Notes under the pieces: model-generated
The model's input: only the letters and a program-made list of their open reading frames with translations
Databases searched by the model: none
Told to the model about the DNA's origin: nothing
Program-made: the position numbers and the translations under genes
Part shown: in pieces, positions 15,488 through 25,410 of the stretch
Layout: each line of letters begins with the position of its first letter
How positions within the stretch are numbered: position 1 is the first letter of the stretch
DNA from: Candidatus Nanosynbacter sp. BB002
GTDB lineage: Bacteria > Patescibacteriota > Saccharimonadia > Saccharimonadales > Saccharimonadaceae
Length of the DNA stretch: 32,000 nt
NCBI RefSeq assembly: GCF_037013405.1
Contig: NZ_CP146064.1
Coordinates: forward strand, 570,001 to 602,000
Direction: 5' to 3'

Positions 15488-18304
15488 TTACGTAAGCAAT
15501 GGCTTGAGATATTTGCCCGTGAACGAATCTGCGTTTTTGGTAATGTCTTCTGGCGTTCCGCTGGTGACAACCGTCCCGCCGCCCATACCACCTTCTGGAC
15601 CCATATCAATGATCCAGTCTGCTGATTTGATAACGTCCAAATTATGCTCAATTACAATCATGCTATTTCCGCCTTCGACAAGCTTATGCAAAATCCCCAA
15701 CAATCGCTTAACGTCAGCCGAATGCAACCCAGTGGTTGGCTCATCCAAAATATACATGGTTTTACCCGTCGAGCGTTTTGACAGTTCAGTCGCCAATTTG
15801 ATGCGCTGCGCTTCCCCGCCAGAGAAGGTGGTTGCTGGCTGACCCAAACGAATATAACCTAAGCCAACTTCCACCAACGTCTCAAGTTTTCGGTGAATAG
15901 ATGGAATACTGTCAAAGAATTCGGCCGCTTGCTCTACTGTCATTTCCAATACATCAGAAATAGTGTGTCCTTTGTAGGTAATTTCCAATGCTTCACGGTT
16001 ATACCGTTTACCTTTACACTCGTCACACATCACATACACGTCTGGCAAAAAGTGCATTTCAATTTTTATCACACCATCACCCTGACAATTTTCACAGCGA
16101 CCACCCTTGACATTAAAACTAAATCGGCCTGCCTTGTAACCGCGAACGTTAGCTTCTGGCGTGGCAGCAAATAATTCACGAATTGGCGTAAAAATACCCG
16201 TGTAGGTGGCTGGGTTGGAACGCGGTGTGCGACCAATTGGCGACTGGTCAATCACAATCGCTTTATCTAACAGTTTAATGCCGTCAATGCGGTCGTGCTT
16301 GCCTGGCACCGCTTGAGACCGGTTGAGGCGAGCTGCCAGCTCCCTCGCCACAATGTCATTAACCAAGGTTGACTTACCACTACCAGACACACCAGACACC
16401 ACCGTCATTAATCCCAAAGGAAACGCCACGTCAATATTTTTCAAATTATTTTCCTGAGCACCACGCACTATGAGCTGCTGATCTTGATTTGGCTTCCTGC
16501 GCTTTTTTGGTACTGCAATTTTCTCTGCACCACTCAAGTACCGACCGGTGATGCTGTCTGGATTTTTCGCTACTTCCTCAGGCGCTCCCATGGCGACGAT
16601 TTGCCCACCCTTTGAGCCAGCCCCTGGCCCCATGTCGACCAAAAAGTCACTTTGACGAATGGTATCTTCATCATGCTCCACTACCAGCACCGTATTACCA
16701 AGATCACGCAAGCGCTTCAGAGTATCAATCAATCTATCATTATCTCGCTGGTGCAACCCAATGGATGGCTCGTCCAGAACATACAGCACCCCCTGCAAAC
16801 CGGAACCAATTTGCGTAGCCAGCCGAATGCGCTGAGCTTCTCCACCGCTCAAGGTGTTAGCTGCTCGGCCCAGCTCCAGATAGTTCAAACCAACATTACT
16901 CATGAAGCCCAACCGCGCGTTGATCTCCTTTAATATCAGCCGCGCGATCGTCGTTTCCTGCTCTGTCAATTTGAGCTTGTGTGTAAATAAGTCCAACGCA
17001 TCATCAACACCCAAGTCACAAACATCAACAATATTGAGCCCGTGAACTGTCACTGCCAAGACTACTGGCTTGAGCCGGGCGCCTTTACAAACATAGCATG
17101 CCCGCTCGCGCATAAATCGTTCAATATCTTTGCGCATAAATTCACTGTCAGTCTCACGGTGCCGGCGCTCTAAGTTCGGGATCACCCCTTCATAGGTTGT
17201 GTCATAATGCCGACCACTACCAAGCTCGATGTGATACTTTTGCGCCCCTGTCCCATACAAAATTGTCTGTTTAGCTTCATCAGACAGTTTCTTAACAGGC
17301 GTTCGCACACTAAAGCCATGCGCCTCGGCAACGGCCATGATTTTTTTCATATAGAAATTGTCGACATTGACGCGGTTGTACGGTCTGATGGCTCCTTCAG
17401 CGATAGTCAAATTGTCATTAAACACCAGCTCCGGATCAATCTCCATGCGACTACCCAAACCAGTACAGCTTGGACAAGCTCCCTGGGGTGCGTTAAAACT
17501 AAACAGTCGTGGTTCCAGCTCAGGAATATCCTCCTCAGGATGATCAACACAGGCATACCGCTGCGAAAACGTTCGTACCTGATCGTCATCGGCGTCCAAA
17601 ACCTCCACAATTCCCTGACCTAATTCCAAGGCTTGCTCGACGCTTTGAGACAAGCGACCAGCCAATTCACTGTTCAATGCCAAGCGGTCAACTACCAGCT
17701 CAATTGAGTGCTTATAGCTCTTCTGTAGTTCTGGAAATTCGTCCAAGGCATACACCACGCCATCAACCCTAACACGAGCATAACCCAGCCGACGGTATTG
17801 CTCAGGGATGTGCGCAAATTCACCTTTTTTATTTTTGACGATTGGCGCCAGCAGTAAAATCCGGTGCCCGTCATACTGCTTGATGATTTCTTGGATGATG
17901 GCTTCGGTGGTGCGCCGCGACACTGCTTTGCCACAAATTGGACAGTGCGGCACACCGATGCGCGCAAACAACAGTCGCAAATAGTCGTAAATCTCAGTCA
18001 CTGTCGCCACCGTCGAGCGTGGGTTACGGCTGGTTGATTTTTGGTCAATCGAAATAGCTGGACTCAAGCCATCGATGCTATCAACATCGGGTTTATCCAT
18101 CGTTCCCAAAAACTGCCGAGCATACGAGTTCAAGCTCTCCATATAACGGCGCTGGCCCTCAGCATAAATCGTGTCAAACGCTAGACTTGATTTGCCTGAA
18201 CCACTCAGGCCAGTAATGACCACGAACTTATCGCGCGGCAATTCCACGCTAACATTTTTCAGATTGTGCTCGCGAGCACCTTTAACTCGAATAACCTCCG
18301 GCAT
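15488..18304 (-). CDS. uvrA: Excinuclease ABC subunit A (UvrA)
   Basis: The best start is ATG 18304 ([54 protein letters not shown]). It has two ABC modules ([18 protein letters not shown]; LSGGEAQR x2) and zinc-finger Cys clusters. The ORF-track start at 18400 adds 32 non-conserved residues. Confidence 0.96.
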   Translation of the reverse strand: MPEVIRVKGAREHNLKNVSVELPRDKFVVITGLSGSGKSSLAFDTIYAEGQRRYMESLNSYARQFLGTMDKPDVDSIDGLSPAISIDQKSTSRNPRSTVATVTEIYDYLRLLFARIGVPHCPICGKAVSRRTTEAIIQEIIKQYDGHRILLLAPIVKNKKGEFAHIPEQYRRLGYARVRVDGVVYALDEFPELQKSYKHSIELVVDRLALNSELAGRLSQSVEQALELGQGIVEVLDADDDQVRTFSQRYACVDHPEEDIPELEPRLFSFNAPQGACPSCTGLGSRMEIDPELVFNDNLTIAEGAIRPYNRVNVDNFYMKKIMAVAEAHGFSVRTPVKKLSDEAKQTILYGTGAQKYHIELGSGRHYDTTYEGVIPNLERRHRETDSEFMRKDIERFMRERACYVCKGARLKPVVLAVTVHGLNIVDVCDLGVDDALDLFTHKLKLTEQETTIARLILKEINARLGFMSNVGLNYLELGRAANTLSGGEAQRIRLATQIGSGLQGVLYVLDEPSIGLHQRDNDRLIDTLKRLRDLGNTVLVVEHDEDTIRQSDFLVDMGPGAGSKGGQIVAMGAPEEVAKNPDSITGRYLSGAEKIAVPKKRRKPNQDQQLIVRGAQENNLKNIDVAFPLGLMTVVSGVSGSGKSTLVNDIVARELAARLNRSQAVPGKHDRIDGIKLLDKAIVIDQSPIGRTPRSNPATYTGIFTPIRELFAATPEANVRGYKAGRFSFNVKGGRCENCQGDGVIKIEMHFLPDVYVMCDECKGKRYNREALEITYKGHTISDVLEMTVEQAAEFFDSIPSIHRKLETLVEVGLGYIRLGQPATTFSGGEAQRIKLATELSKRSTGKTMYILDEPTTGLHSADVKRLLGILHKLVEGGNSMIVIEHNLDVIKSADWIIDMGPEGGMGGGTVVTSGTPEDITKNADSFTGKYLKPLLT

Positions 18305-18313
18305 AGCCGCTCT

Positions 18314-18319
18314 ATTATA
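18314..18319 (-). promoter_or_regulatory. -10 hexamer TATAAT 9 nt upstream of the uvrA ATG
   Basis: The minus strand reads ggTATAAT-agagcggct-ATG(18304), with no SD and an A-rich upstream tract. Confidence 0.35.
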
Positions 18320-18426
18320 CCGGTTTTTTATCTTTTTTTCCAGACATTGCCTAAATATTGTATTATACATCACCACATATTGCTTATGATTGCAAGTCAA
18401 GCTTTTATCTGTTACAGTTACAATAT

Positions 18427-18810
18427 ATGCGAAGGTTGAGTGTTTACTTACTACTAATTATTGGTGCAGTTTTCATCACACCCATACTTTTCGACCAGCT
18501 TTGCATGTTCGTGTTTCTTGGCAAGCTTCCGTTTTTGAACGTTAATTTGTCAGCTAATTCCATGATTATTTTCTGGATCGCCCTTGTGCCAATCTGCCGC
18601 ATTTTGCGAGCAGCCATTCCGGTATCATTTGACGATATCAAAGAACTCATCCAATACATTTCCCGAAAACACATAAACAACAGCGTGTTGTACCAGAGCC
18701 ATGATCTAACCTTGCTATTTATCTATCTGACGCATGAAACCAAGAAAGCAAAAACGAGCGAGCCAGACACCCCTATGGGCGCCCAAAAGCTTGCTCCATC
18801 TTTAACCTAA
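18427..18810 (+). CDS. Hypothetical small membrane protein
   Basis: ORF 18358..18810; the ATG at 18427 gives [32 protein letters not shown]..., with two predicted TM helices. No recognisable family. Its 3' end overlaps the convergent sbcB stop by 4 nt. Confidence 0.4.
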   Translation: MRRLSVYLLLIIGAVFITPILFDQLCMFVFLGKLPFLNVNLSANSMIIFWIALVPICRILRAAIPVSFDDIKELIQYISRKHINNSVLYQSHDLTLLFIYLTHETKKAKTSEPDTPMGAQKLAPSLT

Positions 18811-20219
18811 ACGATAGGCAGCACCGCTTCTACCCACAACTGTAGTTCCTGTAAAATGAACTGCTGTTCGTCGGTCGCTGTCGGCGCCAAACGCTGCAAG
18901 GCTGCCATAAATTGCGGTAGTTGCGTCTGCAGGCGCTGAGCCCGCCACGTTTCCCACTGCGCCAGGTCATCTTCGCTGAGTGAGCGCGGAAAGTTGCGGG
19001 CTTTGTAGTGGAGTAATAATGGCGTCAACCGCTCGTCCTGAAATTCTGGATGAAAATCAGCTAGCTCGCGCTCATCGGCATTGCGTACCGCTTCTACCCG
19101 CAGGCGGTCACGGTCGTTCAAAAAGCCATCATATAACTGTGCTTCTGGATCGGGCAGTTTTTTGAAGGCTGGCTTGTTTTCAAAAATAGTCCGTAATTTT
19201 TCGGCAAAGTCCGGATGATTCAGTAAGATGTGTTGATGCTGCTGAATAGTCTCTGTACTAAGCGAAATTTTCTGCCAGCCATCACCTTGTTCCAGCACAC
19301 CCAGCGGCGCCACCGCCGGACAACGATTGTATTGTAATTCTTTGACCGGTAATTTGACGAAATACTCAGCTTGCCGCTCCTCCCACGAGGCAAATAGTTT
19401 TGCTGACAATTCCTCCACGCTCAGCCCAACAAACGGCGTTGGATCGTACCGCAGGTCATAGACAACCACGCCACCGTTTCGACTGGTTGTCAGTGGAAAA
19501 GCCACCGTGGTTTTAGCAAATTCTTTATCGTAACGCCCGCTGGCGTAAACAAACGGTTTTTTGTCGTCCACATTGACCAGCTGCTGGACTACTTTTTTGT
19601 CACGCATTTTTAGTAAATAGTCATACAGCTGCGGCTGTTTTTGCTTGATCAATTTCGTCACGGCAATCAGCGCCGTTACGTCCGCCAAGGCGTCATGGGC
19701 ATTTTCGTGCGCAATACCGTTGGCGCTGGTGATCAATTCCAAGCGGTTACTTGGCTCACCTTTAGCATCAAGTGGCCACTTGATCCCCTCTGGCCTGAGT
19801 GCCCTGGTCAGTCGCACCACATCCAGCATATCCCAACGCGATCGACCTTCCTTCCAGCTCCATTCATACGGGTCATGAAAATTACGCCACAACAAATGGC
19901 GAATGAACTCATCGTCAAATCGAATATTATTAAAGCCAACCGCAATAGTATCCGGCGTGAAAATCTCCTCGCTGAGCATCCGCGTAAACTGCGCCTCGCT
20001 GTAGCCTTCCTCGACCGTTTTTTGCGGCGTGATGCCGGTTACCATCAGCGCATCAGGACTCGGCAGTGTATCATCATTCAGCGTCACCAGCAAATTGTAC
20101 GGCTCGCCAATCGGCTCAAGGTTCATATCCGTCCGCTGCCCAGCAAACTGCATGATGCGGTCTTGCCGCGGATTCAGCCCGCTGGTTTCGAGGTCGTAGA
20201 AGAAGAATGTTTGCGCCAT
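18807..20219 (-). CDS. sbcB: Exodeoxyribonuclease I (ExoI)
   Basis: 470 aa, collinear with E. coli SbcB. Shared segments include TFFFYDLETSGLNP..DRIMQFAGQRTD (Exo I motif), GFNNIRFDDEF, YDPYEWSW..GRSRWDMLDV.R...ALRPEGI.WP, HDALADV, NRCP..AP, and a C-terminal LLHYKARNFP. Confidence 0.93.
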   Translation of the reverse strand: MAQTFFFYDLETSGLNPRQDRIMQFAGQRTDMNLEPIGEPYNLLVTLNDDTLPSPDALMVTGITPQKTVEEGYSEAQFTRMLSEEIFTPDTIAVGFNNIRFDDEFIRHLLWRNFHDPYEWSWKEGRSRWDMLDVVRLTRALRPEGIKWPLDAKGEPSNRLELITSANGIAHENAHDALADVTALIAVTKLIKQKQPQLYDYLLKMRDKKVVQQLVNVDDKKPFVYASGRYDKEFAKTTVAFPLTTSRNGGVVVYDLRYDPTPFVGLSVEELSAKLFASWEERQAEYFVKLPVKELQYNRCPAVAPLGVLEQGDGWQKISLSTETIQQHQHILLNHPDFAEKLRTIFENKPAFKKLPDPEAQLYDGFLNDRDRLRVEAVRNADERELADFHPEFQDERLTPLLLHYKARNFPRSLSEDDLAQWETWRAQRLQTQLPQFMAALQRLAPTATDEQQFILQELQLWVEAVLPIV

Positions 20220-20224
20220 GATTA

Positions 20225-21130
20225 TTAATCGTTGTTAATTGCCGCTATTGCTTCTCGAGCAAGAAACCGTTTAGAGCGCTCAGGGCCAGGTATGAGATCT
20301 TTTTCTCCGTGCGACAAATTGTACACATCCAGCTTCAATGCCTTTGCAGCATCCGAGCGCGTATCATCTCTCCATTCCCTAATGATAGGTGAACGAAGAG
20401 TCTCGTCCACTGATGCCTGAGGGTCAACCGACGCTTCTATAAGTACCTCTTCTGGCACATGAATCCTACCGTCTTCCCAGCGCAATTTCAGATGGTTTAA
20501 TGCAATCAACTGTTCAACGTTCTCCCCAAAATAATCAGATACAGCAGGAGTGCGCAGCTCAGCACCCGCCAGGGCCAAATGTACATTGTACGCCCCGCCC
20601 AGTTTATGATAAATTTTCTTCAATTCTTCCGCGCTCAACGCAGGTTGTTCCTCTGGTCTCACATAGTCGGCCTTCGTTGCGTCAAGCCAGTCAGCATAAT
20701 ATCCAGCCGCCTTTTCAGAACCAAACTGTTTCTTTTTAAGGCCAGCCAATACATACTGTGTCAATTTGCCAACTGGCCCATCAAGCAGCGATTCAACATT
20801 TCCCTTACGAACTTCTACCGCTAGGCGCCCGACGTATTCTCTAGGCTGATTTTTCAAATAATGATCACCACTGAGCGGCTCCTCACCCCGCAACGCTCTG
20901 AGAATATCGTTCTGTGCGTCCTTAAAAGCCACATGCCTCCGGACGTTGGGACCAAAATGATGACGACGTACCGCAGGAGCAAACGTAAGCTCCAACGAGG
21001 TCAACCCGACAGCCCCAACCGCCCCTACGGTGGCCTCTCGATTTGATTTATATGCAATTTTGTTTTCCAGTCGCCCGATCTCCCAATAGCTCGGTACGGT
21101 CATCTGCCGCTCTGTGTTACTACTACCCAT
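20225..21130 (-). CDS. Hypothetical protein (301 aa), co-transcribed with sbcB (5-nt spacer)
   Basis: Clear SD GGAGG (21139..21135) 4 nt before ATG 21130. There is only a faint local resemblance to the GR-x-Y-x-P-x-E-x-L segment of squalene/phytoene synthases (EDGRIHVPEEVL). That is not enough to assign a family. Confidence 0.6.
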   Translation of the reverse strand: MGSSNTERQMTVPSYWEIGRLENKIAYKSNREATVGAVGAVGLTSLELTFAPAVRRHHFGPNVRRHVAFKDAQNDILRALRGEEPLSGDHYLKNQPREYVGRLAVEVRKGNVESLLDGPVGKLTQYVLAGLKKKQFGSEKAAGYYADWLDATKADYVRPEEQPALSAEELKKIYHKLGGAYNVHLALAGAELRTPAVSDYFGENVEQLIALNHLKLRWEDGRIHVPEEVLIEASVDPQASVDETLRSPIIREWRDDTRSDAAKALKLDVYNLSHGEKDLIPGPERSKRFLAREAIAAINND

Positions 21131-21164
21131 GATACCTCCCCGTCTGATTAGCGATTTATACCTA

Positions 21165-21173
21165 ATTATACCA
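21165..21173 (-). promoter_or_regulatory. Extended -10 element (TGgTATAAT) upstream of the 301-aa gene / sbcB operon
   Basis: The minus strand reads TGGTATAAT, then a leader of about 27 nt containing GGGGAGG, then ATG 21130. Confidence 0.45.
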
Positions 21174-21190
21174 CTATTGACGATGACAAG

Positions 21191-22573
<1,383 letters not shown>

Positions 22574-23692
22574 TTAATGAATATAATTATAAGCGCCTGG
22601 GTTGGTCAACTCACGATGAGTGATGACATTATAGCCAGCGAAGTTCATGTCACTCACAAACACCCGACCGTTCTCAACCCTGTCAACGATTCCAACGTGT
22701 CCGTAGTAGCCACCTGAGCTCTGGAAGATAGCACCCGGAGCTGGCGTCTTGTTGACCGTAAAACCAGCAGCACGTGCACTCGCAGCCCAAGTATTGGCGT
22801 TACCCCAGAAGCTACCGATTGGACGACCAAGTGCCAAGCGTCGCTCATATGAGTACCATGTACAGTTACCTGGTGCGTATCGGTTACCAACAGAAGCAGC
22901 GACGTTACCGTAACTTACGCCACTATAACCAGAATGACTATTACTGCTTCGTCCACCGCGCGGTGCGACATACCCTGGACGCTCATTTTCTGGCAGCTCA
23001 CCACCAGGCAACACGATGCGCGTATTTACCGTTGGCTGTGCCACGCGATCTAGTGAGTTATACAATAAGACTCGCTCAGCATCAACCTTATACTTTGAAG
23101 CGATAGCTGCGATGGTATCACCTTCCTTAACAGTGTAAACCACACCATCAACTTGTGGTACCAACAGTGTCCTACCCGGTTCAACAGCGTCAGAGGTCAT
23201 ATTGTTTGCCCAACGCAGCGTTTGAGTTGAAATCTTGAACTTGGCAGCAATTTTAGCTAAATCATCACCCGGCTTAGTAACATATTCGGTAATACCACGC
23301 TGAGACGACGTTTCCGGTTGGATAAGCTGCGGCTTAGAGATAACCTCTGCGTCAGTTTGAGCTAACTGCTTCTGGATTTGCAAAGAAGTAGTTGCTTCGC
23401 GCAAGTCACCAGCAGATGGTAAATCAGTAGCCTCTGCTAAACTAGCGACAGCGTCAGCCACTTCCAATTGATCGACTGACATTTTTTCCTTACTTGTGGT
23501 TGTAGACTTTGGATTTGGGTTGGCAACCTGAGACTCTTGGGCGGAAACCTCCACTCCAGTAACCCCGGTCCCCTGATGATAATTATTAATAGTCAAAAAT
23601 GAAACAATAAGTGCAAATAGGGCTACATAGATAGAAGCTGACCGTACTCGCGCTAGACGACTCTGTCGAGTCTTTGATGTGTTACGAATAAT
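22574..23692 (-). CDS. Secreted/membrane-anchored peptidoglycan hydrolase: signal anchor + 2 x LysM + CHAP amidase/peptidase domain
   Basis: LysM1 is YVTKPGDDLAKIAAKFKISTQTLRWANNM and LysM2 is YTVKEGDTIAAIASKYKVDAERVLLYNSL. The CHAP domain has Cys in GNCTWYSYERR and His in YYGHVGIV. The canonical-start ORF is 22574..23596 (TTG). I extend to ATT 23692 because the frame stays open and encodes the missing signal anchor (see finding). Confidence 0.85.
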   Translation of the reverse strand: MIRNTSKTRQSRLARVRSASIYVALFALIVSFLTINNYHQGTGVTGVEVSAQESQVANPNPKSTTTSKEKMSVDQLEVADAVASLAEATDLPSAGDLREATTSLQIQKQLAQTDAEVISKPQLIQPETSSQRGITEYVTKPGDDLAKIAAKFKISTQTLRWANNMTSDAVEPGRTLLVPQVDGVVYTVKEGDTIAAIASKYKVDAERVLLYNSLDRVAQPTVNTRIVLPGGELPENERPGYVAPRGGRSSNSHSGYSGVSYGNVAASVGNRYAPGNCTWYSYERRLALGRPIGSFWGNANTWAASARAAGFTVNKTPAPGAIFQSSGGYYGHVGIVDRVENGRVFVSDMNFAGYNVITHRELTNPGAYNYIH

Positions 23693-23889
23693 CGTTCTCC
23701 TGCATTGACGTTACCGCCAGTGCTACTACCATAATGAGTCTTTCTTCTCGCAATAGAACAGGATACGTTGTCGACCTAATAATTAGTGATATTTCATAAA
23801 CGATTAGTTTTGTGCTGTATCCGTACGACCGTTTTGGTAGGCTCAACCTCAGACAGCCAAAACAAAGTTAACTGTTCATGGTTAAGCTG
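23693..23889 (-). promoter_or_regulatory. Long (~200 nt) 5' leader of the LysM-CHAP gene; candidate cis-regulatory RNA
   Basis: This is the distance between the consensus promoter at 23896..23924 and the SD/start region. It contains a 7-bp hairpin (GTTTTGG 23863..23857 with CCAAAAC 23837..23831) and a long-range GGATAC/GTATCC pair (23822..23817 with 23766..23761). I recognise no riboswitch consensus. Confidence 0.35.
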
Positions 23890-23895
23890 ACATCT

Positions 23896-23924
23896 ATTAT
23901 AGTCTATATTGACATTTAAGTCAA
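23896..23924 (-). promoter_or_regulatory. Consensus sigma-70-type promoter TTGACT-17 nt-TATAAT
   Basis: On the minus strand the -35 is at 23924..23919 and the -10 at 23901..23896, with an exactly 17-nt spacer. It starts 25 nt downstream of the mltG stop. Confidence 0.65.
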
Positions 23925-23948
23925 AACATTTTTAGAAAATACATTTTG

Positions 23949-25013
23949 TCAAGATTGCTGACATTTTTGATGACAATGCGCCTTGGTATTAGCAGTGTGC
24001 TCGGCATCTGTTTTAGCAAAATAGGTTACATTATCATCGCCACTGAGGAAAAAGAGGTAATCTGTCTGTGCCGGGTCAGCAACCGCATTCAGTGCACTTA
24101 GCCCGGGAGTAGCTATCGGTCCCGGCGGCAACCCTTTGTGCACGCGAGTATTGTATGGGGAGTCAAGCTGCGTATCACGAGTGACACCCATCTTGTCAGC
24201 AGCATACTGATAGGTCACATCCGACCCTAAGTTCATGCCGGCTTTCATCCTGTTATAAAATACGCTAGCAATCTTTCGCTGATCTTCACAGACTTCAGTA
24301 CCTACACCGCAGCCGATTGACTCTTTCTGAACGATAGAAGCGAGCGTTATACCCTGATACAGCGTCAATCCGCGTTTTTTGAACTTTTCTTCCAAATTAT
24401 TTTTTCTGGCTACTTGATCAAACTCTGCTAATGCACGCTGAATTGCCGATTTGGCGGTTGCATCACCGCTCATAAAATACGTATCACCATAAACAAACCC
24501 TTCAAGATCAGCTCCTGCCGGGCGTGATTTGAAGACATAGCTATCGTAGTCAGCCTTAAAGGCGGATTCAATATCGGCATCGTTATATCCAGCTTTTTTG
24601 AGGGCGCTTTCGACTGAGCGATAATCTTTTCCGCGTAACGTACCGTCAGGGTAGAAGCGAACAGCCATCTCATCAGATTGACCGTCGATCAGATGTTTGA
24701 TGATCTCAGGTGTTGACTGCGATGGCTTAACAGCATACACGCCGACGTTAAAACGAGCATCAATTCGCTTCAATTTGATATAGCCCAAAAATGCGTACCG
24801 ACTGCGGATAAGTTTCTTTTCTTCCAGAGCAGATGCCACCTGAGGAGCTGTCATGCCGCTGGTGATATTGACCCGCGTTACTGTCTGGTCGCCTGTGTTT
24901 ACTGCCGAAAGATTGTGTATATACCAACCAGCTCCAGCTGCAGCAGATAAACCGAGCACTGCCACCAAGCCAGCTACCACAATCATCCATTTTCTCGACT
25001 TACGAATCTGCAT
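23949..25013 (-). CDS. mltG: Endolytic murein transglycosylase MltG (YceG-like)
   Basis: The best start is ATG 25013 (MQIRKSRKWMIVVAGLVAVLGLSAAAGAGWYI), an N-terminal TM anchor. YceG core: LASIVQKES (catalytic Glu), VFYNRMKAGMNLGSDVTYQY, YNTRVHKGLPPGPIATPG, YLFFLSGDDNVTYFAKTDAEH. Confidence 0.9.
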   Translation of the reverse strand: MQIRKSRKWMIVVAGLVAVLGLSAAAGAGWYIHNLSAVNTGDQTVTRVNITSGMTAPQVASALEEKKLIRSRYAFLGYIKLKRIDARFNVGVYAVKPSQSTPEIIKHLIDGQSDEMAVRFYPDGTLRGKDYRSVESALKKAGYNDADIESAFKADYDSYVFKSRPAGADLEGFVYGDTYFMSGDATAKSAIQRALAEFDQVARKNNLEEKFKKRGLTLYQGITLASIVQKESIGCGVGTEVCEDQRKIASVFYNRMKAGMNLGSDVTYQYAADKMGVTRDTQLDSPYNTRVHKGLPPGPIATPGLSALNAVADPAQTDYLFFLSGDDNVTYFAKTDAEHTANTKAHCHQKCQQS

Positions 25014-25410
25014 AGTGTACCTCCAAATAATCCTGCAAAATGATGCTGGCAGCCTCAGCGTCAATCTCACCTTTATCTTTAACGCGACCTAACCGACGTT
25101 CAGCTTCAACGCTACTGAGCGACTCATCTTGATAAACCAGCTCAGCATCAAGCTCAATCTCAGAAAAACCATCAACAAACTGCTCTACAAAAGCTGTCTG
25201 TTTGGTTGGTTCGCCCGACTGATTGCGCGGATAGCCAACGACAATGATGTCAATATCATGACGTAATACTGTTTCCGCCAACTTGGTAAAAATCTCATCA
25301 TTATTCTCCAGCCAACCAAACGGCACAGCGATTCTGACTGAGGTATCAGCCATAGCCAAACCAATTCGTCGTTCACCGACGTCTAGTGCCAGCAAATTCT
25401 TACCGGCCAT
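25000..25410 (-). CDS. ruvX: Holliday-junction resolvase-like / pre-16S rRNA nuclease RuvX (YqgF)
   Basis: 136 aa. LLALDVGERRIGLAMAD, IIVVGYPRNQSGEPT, DESLSSVEAE. It overlaps the mltG start by 14 nt and the upstream gene's end by 11 nt. Confidence 0.92.
   Translation of the reverse strand: MAGKNLLALDVGERRIGLAMADTSVRIAVPFGWLENNDEIFTKLAETVLRHDIDIIVVGYPRNQSGEPTKQTAFVEQFVDGFSEIELDAELVYQDESLSSVEAERRLGRVKDKGEIDAEAASIILQDYLEVHYADS

Noticed and set aside
18305-18400. Search for an SOS (LexA/Cheo-box CGAAC-N4-GTTCG) operator upstream of uvrA, and likewise upstream of uvrC
   Set aside because: No such palindrome is present in either upstream region.
18419-18424. TACAAT hexamer just upstream of the 18427 ATG, considered as a leaderless promoter for the small membrane ORF
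   Set aside because: It lies only 2 nt from the ATG, so transcription would start inside or beyond the start codon. The promoter and start of this ORF remain unresolved.
19641-20228. 195-aa plus-strand ORF. Similar long antisense ORFs occur at 21957..22523, 26352..27008, 27806..28228 and 31217..31741
   Set aside because: All lie antisense to confidently identified genes (sbcB, obg, the 541-aa gene, the ftsA-like gene, mnmA). Their translations are Arg/Ser/Pro-rich, as is typical of shadow frames.
23693-23889. The LysM-CHAP leader considered as a ydaO-type c-di-AMP riboswitch, T-box, tRNA or SRP/6S-type RNA
   Set aside because: By eye I could not find the conserved ydaO G-rich/ACGGGG-type blocks, a T-box sequence, a tRNA cloverleaf with a GTTCGAAT-like T-arm, or an SRP motif. 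It is kept only as an unclassified candidate leader.
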